A stretch of DNA of 64,000 nt from Octopus vulgaris (lineage: Eukaryota), in the NCBI GenBank assembly GCA_951406725.2, contig OX597818.1:129084001-129148000 (forward strand), written 5' to 3'. Shown one piece after another: positions 56,981 to 64,000 of this stretch. The notes beneath the pieces were generated by a model. That model worked only from the letters and a program-made list of their open reading frames with translations, was not told the DNA's origin and searched no databases. Within the stretch, counting starts at the first letter, position 1. Each line of letters begins with the position of its first letter. The position numbers were made by a program, and so were the translations under genes.

Positions 56981-57268
56981 GCTAATAATGCATCCTTTAT
57001 GCAAATCAGCATATCTGATTTAATAAAGCCCTTAATAATTGAGGCCATAAACATGATATCCAGTGTGGTCAGTCAGAGAAAGGAGGTTAGTTGCTGATGA
57101 AAACAGAATCTTTAATAAACATTGAAAGCAGTTCTCCAGCAGATACTTCTCTAGCATATTTAATGAAGTTTAATTTATTTACACTTGTAATACAAGCTGA
57201 AATCTACAAGTTTATTCTATAATATATTTTAGCACCAAAAATAAACAAATAAACACTCATGATGCACT

Positions 57269-57345
<77 letters not shown>

Positions 57346-57358
57346 TATATATATATAT

Positions 57359-57780
57359 AGACGCAGGAGTGGCTGTGTGGTAAGTAGCTTGCTAACCAAC
57401 CACATGGTTCCGGGTTCAGTCCCACTGCGTGGCACCTTGGACAAGTGTCTTCTGCTATAGCTCTGGGCCGACCAATGCCTTGTGAGTGGATTTGGTAGAC
57501 AGAAACTGAAAGAAGCCTGTCGTATATATGTATATATATATATATGTATATGTGTGTATATGTTTGTGCGTCTGTGTTTGTCCCCCCTAGCATTGCTTGA
57601 CAACCGATGCTTGTGTGTTTACGTCCCTGTCACCTAGCGGTTCGGCAAAAGAGACCGATAGAATAAGTACTGGGCTTACAAAGAATAAGTCCTGGGGTCG
57701 ATTTGCTCGAGTAAAGGCGGTGCTCCAGCATGGCCACAGTCAAATGACTGAAACAAGTAAAAGAGAGAAAAGAAAGAGAG
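57359..57780 (+). mobile_element. SINE family A, full length
   Basis: Consensus match. Confidence 0.9.
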
Positions 57781-58449
57781 ACATACACATATATAAGACT
57801 ATTGAAAAGGTTGCAAGATGCAACGAAAATTTTAGGAAAATAAAAATAAGAAATAAGTGGAAATTTTACAAAAAGAAAATGACTCTCCCCAGACACAATA
57901 GAATATGCTTCAACACACGAACTCACACAAAGAATCTTGCTAACCAAATCCAAAAACGAAATATAAAAGATATTTGATACAGTCAAAATATTTAAAGAAG
58001 ATGTTCTTAGAAGTTATGAACTGTTTTAAAAAAAGTCTTTTGAAAGAAAAATGCCATGAACCATTTCAAAAGACGTTTGGTATGGTCGAGTATGGGATGT
58101 TATGTACATACATACATACATACATGCATACATACATACATACATACATATATACATGCATACACACATACATATATACATACATACACTCATACATACA
58201 TACATACATACATACATACATACATACATACATACATACATACATACATACACACATACACACATACATACATACATACATACATACACACACACATACA
58301 CACATACATACATACATACATACATACATACATACATACATACATACATACATAGGGAAAGTTTACGAAAATAAACAAAAGACGAAGGCAGGTGGAGTAC
58401 AAACAAACAAATGTGTTAGTATAGCGTTCAGGAATAGAAATAGAAAAAG

Positions 58450-58487
58450 TCTTTTATGTTTCGAGCCTACACTCTTCGACAGAAAGA
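58450..58487 (-). ncRNA. Minimal HHR motif, family H7 (A6U core)
   Basis: UCUUU CUGUCGA A GAGU-GUAG-GCUC GAAA CA UA/AAAGA, within a repeat at about 58353-58522. Confidence 0.6.
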
Positions 58488-58954
58488 TACACAGAAAAAA
58501 ACAAGGAGAGAAACAAGGAGATCCATACATATGTATGTACATCTGCATGTATGATTTTTCTTTGAGTTTTATTTTAGTTCTTCTTGATAGAATTCAAGCC
58601 GGTCGCAAACAAAGTGACAAGACTTTTTGAGTTCAGAGGGTTACCAGTGTTTGTAAATACGTGATTGTGTTGGCATGTTGGTTGAACTATTGATGCACAC
58701 TACCAAGTGTGTGCATCTAATCACAACAATCTCACAAGTTTTTTTTTTAATGTCTTACAAATCATCACCATGCTACTAATAAAGTGGATTTGGAAAATCT
58801 GCTTCAGTTTCTTTTGTACTTTTTCCATGAAAGTGAGTATTTCAAAGATTTTTTTTTGCGCACCTATGATGTTAGGTACAAATGAGAATTCATAGTCAGG
58901 GTACAAGAGATGTAAGCTCTGCATTAATTCACTATACATACATACATACATACA

Positions 58955-59157
58955 TACTACTACTACTATGGCAATCCCTCAAGATTGAGGATGATGGTCT
59001 TCGCGCAAATTTATTGGTGAGTCCGCAGGTGACTGATAAGACCAATTCTTGCTCGAAAAGATCGGTCACAGTGCGGACATCTAGTGCCGGAAGGGAGAGT
59101 CGCACGTGGTTGTTGTTGGCACTCCTTCCGTCGTCGTCTTTTCTCCTCCAGCTCTGC
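58955..59157 (-). mobile_element. RTE/BovB-like LINE 3' end
   Basis: EEKRRRRKE...CPHCDRSFRARIGLISHLRTH, followed by a short UTR and (TAG)n tail. Confidence 0.85.
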
Positions 59158-59698
59158 ATACATACATACATACATACATACATACATACATACATACATA
59201 CATACATACATACATACATACATACGTACATACATACATACATACGTACATACATACATACATACATACATACATACATACATACATACATACATACACA
59301 CACACAAATGTATTAGAGAGTAAAAGGTTGGGAAAGTTATATCTTAAAAATTACAGTAGAGAAAAGTATATAATATAAGCAATTAAATATTAATTATTAA
59401 TAAATAAATAGATAAAGTACAGCTATGATCATTAAGAAAATTTTTTTAATGTTTAAAAGTTCTCTCATTGAGTCTCTGAATATCTTTTTAAGGTTTTAGA
59501 CATATCTCATATCAGAGCACTTAATTGTCATCCAGTACACCTTGTTTTCTCAGGACATATTTAATTAATTATACATACATACATGCATACATACAAATGT
59601 ACATATGCACGTATGTATGCATGCATGTATGTGTTCATGTGTGTGTACATGAATGTGTGTGTGTATATATATATTCTCGCACACACAAATATATATAC

Positions 59699-59905
59699 TT
59701 ATTTCTTTATAGCCCACAAGGGGCTAAACATAGAGGGGACAAACAAGGACAAACAAAGAGATTAAGTTGATTACATCGACCCCAGTGCGTAACTGGTACT
59801 AATTTAATCGATCCCGAAAGGATGAAAGACAAAGTCGACCTCCGCGGAATTTGAACTCAAAACGTAGCAGCAGACGAAATACTGCTGAGCATTTTGTCCG
59901 GCATG
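59699..59905 (-). mobile_element. SINE family B
   Basis: Reverse complement of the consensus. Confidence 0.85.
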
Positions 59906-60540
59906 CTGTCTCTGAAATGCCTTTCAACATATGACTGCTTAAACAAAGTACACACAACAGTTTAAAGATATAAATCATAGCATTTTCCTCAAAATCCAAG
60001 ACACCAGTCAGTTATCTTAAAACAAATTAATAAAAAAAAAGGTATTAGCTTCTGGATATAACGATTTTCATATGATGGAAAATCATTTAACAAAGTTACT
60101 GATTACTATAATCACACATTACCACAGAATGGTTTTACGGATAAAATGACGTAAATCAGAAACAATGATGATGATATTACAGAAGACAGGAGTTGCAGTA
60201 TGCCATCATATAATTCCCTTTATAATTTTGAAGTATTTGTATCATTGGAAAATTCCTAAACCTTCTATACATGCATTTCCCCAATGATCACAAATGCCTT
60301 AGACTATTCAACTATTAAAATTTTAAGTTCTGTAATTCTACTACAGATAATTTGTTAAACACCAATGAAAAAAACATGAACTTTCTTCTATTTCTAAAAC
60401 TATTCTATCACAAATTTTCAAACACCATTATTCATGTTGCGATATATTGATACCTTACATATTATCAATATATTTTTCCTACAGTGCACACACACACACA
60501 CACATACACACACACATTGGGATGTCATTATCATATTTCC

Positions 60541-60761
60541 TGGCAGAAACGTTAGCACGCCGGGCAAAATGTTTAACAGTATTTCGTCTGTCTTTATATT
60601 CTGAGTTCAAATTCCGCCGAGGTCAACTTTGCCTTTCATCCTTTCGGGGTCGATTAAATAAGTACCAGTTACGCACCTGAGTCGATATTATCGACTTAAC
60701 CCATCTGTCTGTCCTTGTTTGTCCTCTCTGTGTTTAGCCCCTTGTGGGTAGTAAAGAAATA
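60541..60761 (+). mobile_element. SINE family B with TSD attatcatatttcct
   Basis: The empty-site version of the flanks is present at about 46695-46838. Confidence 0.88.
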
Positions 60762-60969
60762 ATTATCATATTTCCTTTCATGTGCTTCTTCCCTTGTTTA
60801 TGTCTCTTACATAATTTCATGCATCATCTGTTAGGACATCAGTGCTCTTATACCTTTGTGTAGCTATTTTCCAGGTCGACTGATTTCTTGTTGCATTTGT
60901 ATTCAAACAAAGATAGGATGATATAAACAAATATATACTGGCCCCATTTATTACATTTATTTGTATAGT

Positions 60970-61370
60970 ACTCTTTTACTCTTTTACTTGTTTCAGTCAT
61001 TTGACTGTGGCCATGCTGGAGCACCGCCTTTAATCGAGCAACTCGACCCCGGGACTTATTCTTTTGTAAGCCCAGTACTTATTCTATCGGTCTCTTTTGC
61101 CGAACCACTAAGTAACGGGGATATAAACACACCAGCATCGGTTGTCAAGCGATGCTGGGGGGACTAACACAGACACACAAACACACACATATATATATAC
61201 ATATATACGACAGGCTTCTTTCAGTTTCCGTCTACCAAATCCACTCACAAGGCATTGGTCAGCCCGGGGCTATAGCAGAAGACACTTGCCCAAGGTGCCA
61301 CACAGTGGGACTGAACCCAGAACCATGTGGTTGGTTAGCAAGCTACTTACCACACAGCCACTCCTGCACC
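60970..61370 (-). mobile_element. SINE family A, full length
   Basis: Reverse complement of the consensus. Confidence 0.9.
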
Positions 61371-62305
61371 TATATAACATGCATTTTTTTTTCTAGATTT
61401 TTAAATTTAAAAGTTAGAGATGCATATCAAATACGAACACTAAATGCTCCCCAGTTTTAAAAATTTAAATAACCAAATTTACACAATAGATGTTCCACTA
61501 TATTACATACAAATCATTGGATAGAGTACTTTAAAATGATTATTTCTCTCTGGAAATATATAATGTTGCTTCAGTTTAGTAAGATTCTAACTAAAAAACT
61601 CTTTTACAATTAAAATTTTTTTAAATAAAAAAAGGATGAATTCTCAAGAAAGCACCCCACAACATAACTTTCTTGTTTTTATTTTGAAACACAAAGGCTG
61701 GGAGAGAGAGGGAGAGAGAGAGAGAAAGAGAGAGAAGTGGTAAAGAGAGAAAGTGGGGAATAAAAAGTTAGCATGACAATAAAAATAATAAGTATTTAAA
61801 CTGACTTGTGAAAATTTATTTTGTAGAATTATAATTTCATGTACCCAACATTACCTGGGTAGTTCTATTCATAGAATACATATCAAAGTGTGCATTACTT
61901 ATGAAGTAACAAAGAACAGAAAAGTGTGATTTGAGGAAAAAATTGACCACTATTCCTAGTATGTCAACTTACAACATAGCGGTCTCATTTGCTGGTGCAT
62001 ACATGCAATATACAAGACAGAGGGTTGTGATTTAAGGGAGCATTGGCTGCTATTTCTAGCATGTCTGGCTACCATGTAGAAGTATCACTTCATTAGTTCA
62101 TACAACCGTATATCCTTGTTGTTACCATCAACATCATTATCATTATAATCATTACTATTTTGTTACCCATTTTCTTGTGCTTGCATGGCTTGGACGAATC
62201 AATGATGAAACAGATTTTTCCAGGTTCTTACTCAGTGATAATCTCGTATTTTAGCATACATTTAAGTTATGTATGTAGGGCTCCAGTGCATTGTTTTGAT
62301 TGGAA

Positions 62306-62361
<56 letters not shown>

Positions 62362-62815
62362 TCATACTAACACAGACACACAGACACACACACACACACA
62401 CATATACATACACATTTTATATATGTTGCCGGTACCACCAAACTGGCCCTCGCGCCGGTGGCACGTAAAAGCACCCACTACACTCTCAGAGTGGTTGGCG
62501 TTAGGAAGGGTATCCAGCTGTAGAAACTCTGCCAGATCAGATTGGAGTCTGGTTCACAAGACCCCAGTCAAATGGAGGGACAAATACAAACACAAACACA
62601 CATACACACACACACGCACACAAGTTGGGCTTCTTTCAGTTTCCATCTATGAAATCCACTCACAAGGCTTTGGTCGGCCTGAGGCTATAATAGAAGACAC
62701 TTGCCTAAAGTGCCACGCAGTGGGACTGAACCTAGAACCGTGTGTTAGTAAGCAAGCTACTTACCATAGAACTACTCATGCACCTGGCTACTTACCACAC
62801 AGCCACTCCTGCACC

Positions 62816-62851
<36 letters not shown>

Positions 62852-63068
62852 TAAATAAAAGGAGAATGGAAATTATGGAGATTATTTCTCCATCTATAAT
62901 TTTATTAAACAGTTATTTACAGCATTCTTGTTAAGTTGGGTATCATTAAGGGTCTGTTGAGGTTAGCCGGCATATGAAACTGACTTACGAGGAAACATGG
63001 TAACTGCCAGGATTATATATCCCTTTGAACTCATTTTTGGATATACATACATGAATATATACATACAT

Positions 63069-63108
<40 letters not shown>

Positions 63109-63110
<2 letters not shown>

Positions 63111-63228
63111 TTTATTTAAAAGCAGCAGAAATTCAACAAAACCTGTTACTCGGAGTTTCACATATTACTCTACCTCTGGTATTTGAGTATCTTTTTTCCA
63201 CCTTGTTTCACATTTATGTGTTTACTCC

Positions 63229-63231
<3 letters not shown>
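63109..63231. mobile_element. Family H1 pLTR fragment with internal inversion
   Basis: 63110-63160 is the reverse complement of tgaaactccgagtaacagg...aaataaag, joined to the sense tail catattactctacc...actccgg; (TA)n on both sides. Confidence 0.78.
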
Positions 63232-63315
<84 letters not shown>

Positions 63316-63319
63316 TATA

Positions 63320-63468
63320 TGGCGTTAGGAAGGGCATCCAGCCGTAGAAACACTGCCAGATTTGACTGGGCCTGATGAAGCCTTCTGGCTTCACAGACCC
63401 CAGTAGAACCGTCCAACCCATGCTAGCATGGAAAACGGACGCTAAACGATGATGATGATGATGATGAT
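63320..63468 (+). mobile_element. SINE family C 3' part
   Basis: tggcgttaggaagggcatccagccgtagaaac...ctaaacgatgatgatg. Confidence 0.8.
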
Positions 63469-63602
63469 ATGTACATGGATAAACAGATGACTGATAGGTT
63501 GGCTGTATACAGTTTCTTTCTCTAGTATGACATCGTAAGAATTAGCCAGTGAAGTATGTTATAAGTCATTGCTAGTTCACTGTTAATGTCTATAAGTTTG
63601 AC

Positions 63603-63818
63603 AAGGCAGCAAGCTGGCAGAAACGATAGCATGCCAGGTAAAATGCTTAGCGATATTTCGTCTGTCTTCACATTTTGAGTTCAAATTCTGTTGAGGTCGA
63701 CCTTGCCTTTCATCCTTTCGGGGTCGATAAATTAAGTACCAGTTATGTACTGGGGTCCATCTAATCGACTAGTCCCCTCCCCTAAAGTTTCGAGGCATGT
63801 GCCTAGAGTAGAAAAGAA
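63603..63818 (+). mobile_element. SINE family B relative (Meta-like domain, alternative tail)
   Basis: aaggcagcaagctggcagaa...gcctttcatcctttcggggtcgataaattaagtacc. Confidence 0.8.
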
Positions 63819-64000
63819 TATCTAGAAGTTTGATGCTTTCATCACAGCAGCTGGTATTACAATAAATTTCAACAAAATGTAACAATGAAAAAATCATTAA
63901 AAAATATTTCAGTAGCATATAAGTGCAATTATGCATTATGGAAATGTATGCATATGTAAAAAATATTCATATGTACGGATATAATGAAATGTCCATTTAT

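Noticed and set aside
56524-57097. Pro/Ala-rich and Thr/Ser-rich mucin- or extensin-like ORFs
   Set aside because: Trinucleotide repeats open in several frames on both strands; no splice or domain evidence
62950-63010. CUGUUGA...GAAACAUGGUA HHR-like string
   Set aside because: Stem II does not abut GAAA and stem I is at most 2-3 bp

Overview
AT-rich eukaryotic genomic DNA, saturated with microsatellites and interspersed repeats. The SINE families and the (TA)n/(TACA)n/(AAT)n density resemble a coleoid cephalopod such as Octopus; this is inference only. No host gene can be called confidently, and nearly all ORF-track entries are microsatellite or SINE artefacts. Recognisable elements: a 5'-truncated Penelope-like retroelement (Naiad-type RT plus GIY-YIG, 40146-43070), an R4/Dong-type LINE 3' end inside (TAA)n, RTE and CR1/L2 LINE fragments, three mariner remnants, hAT and piggyBac-type MITEs, and dozens of tRNA-derived SINEs. 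The main hidden signal is a dense set of minimal type I hammerhead ribozyme (HHR) motifs, found by eye: about 17 copies from about 10 sequence-unrelated families. They lie in short Penelope pseudo-LTR-like fragments, often as fold-back inverted repeats abutting (TA)n. Several have atypical catalytic cores (U4C, A6U, G3:C8 swap, mismatched first pair of stem II) and palindromic stem III. Repeat boundaries are approximate.
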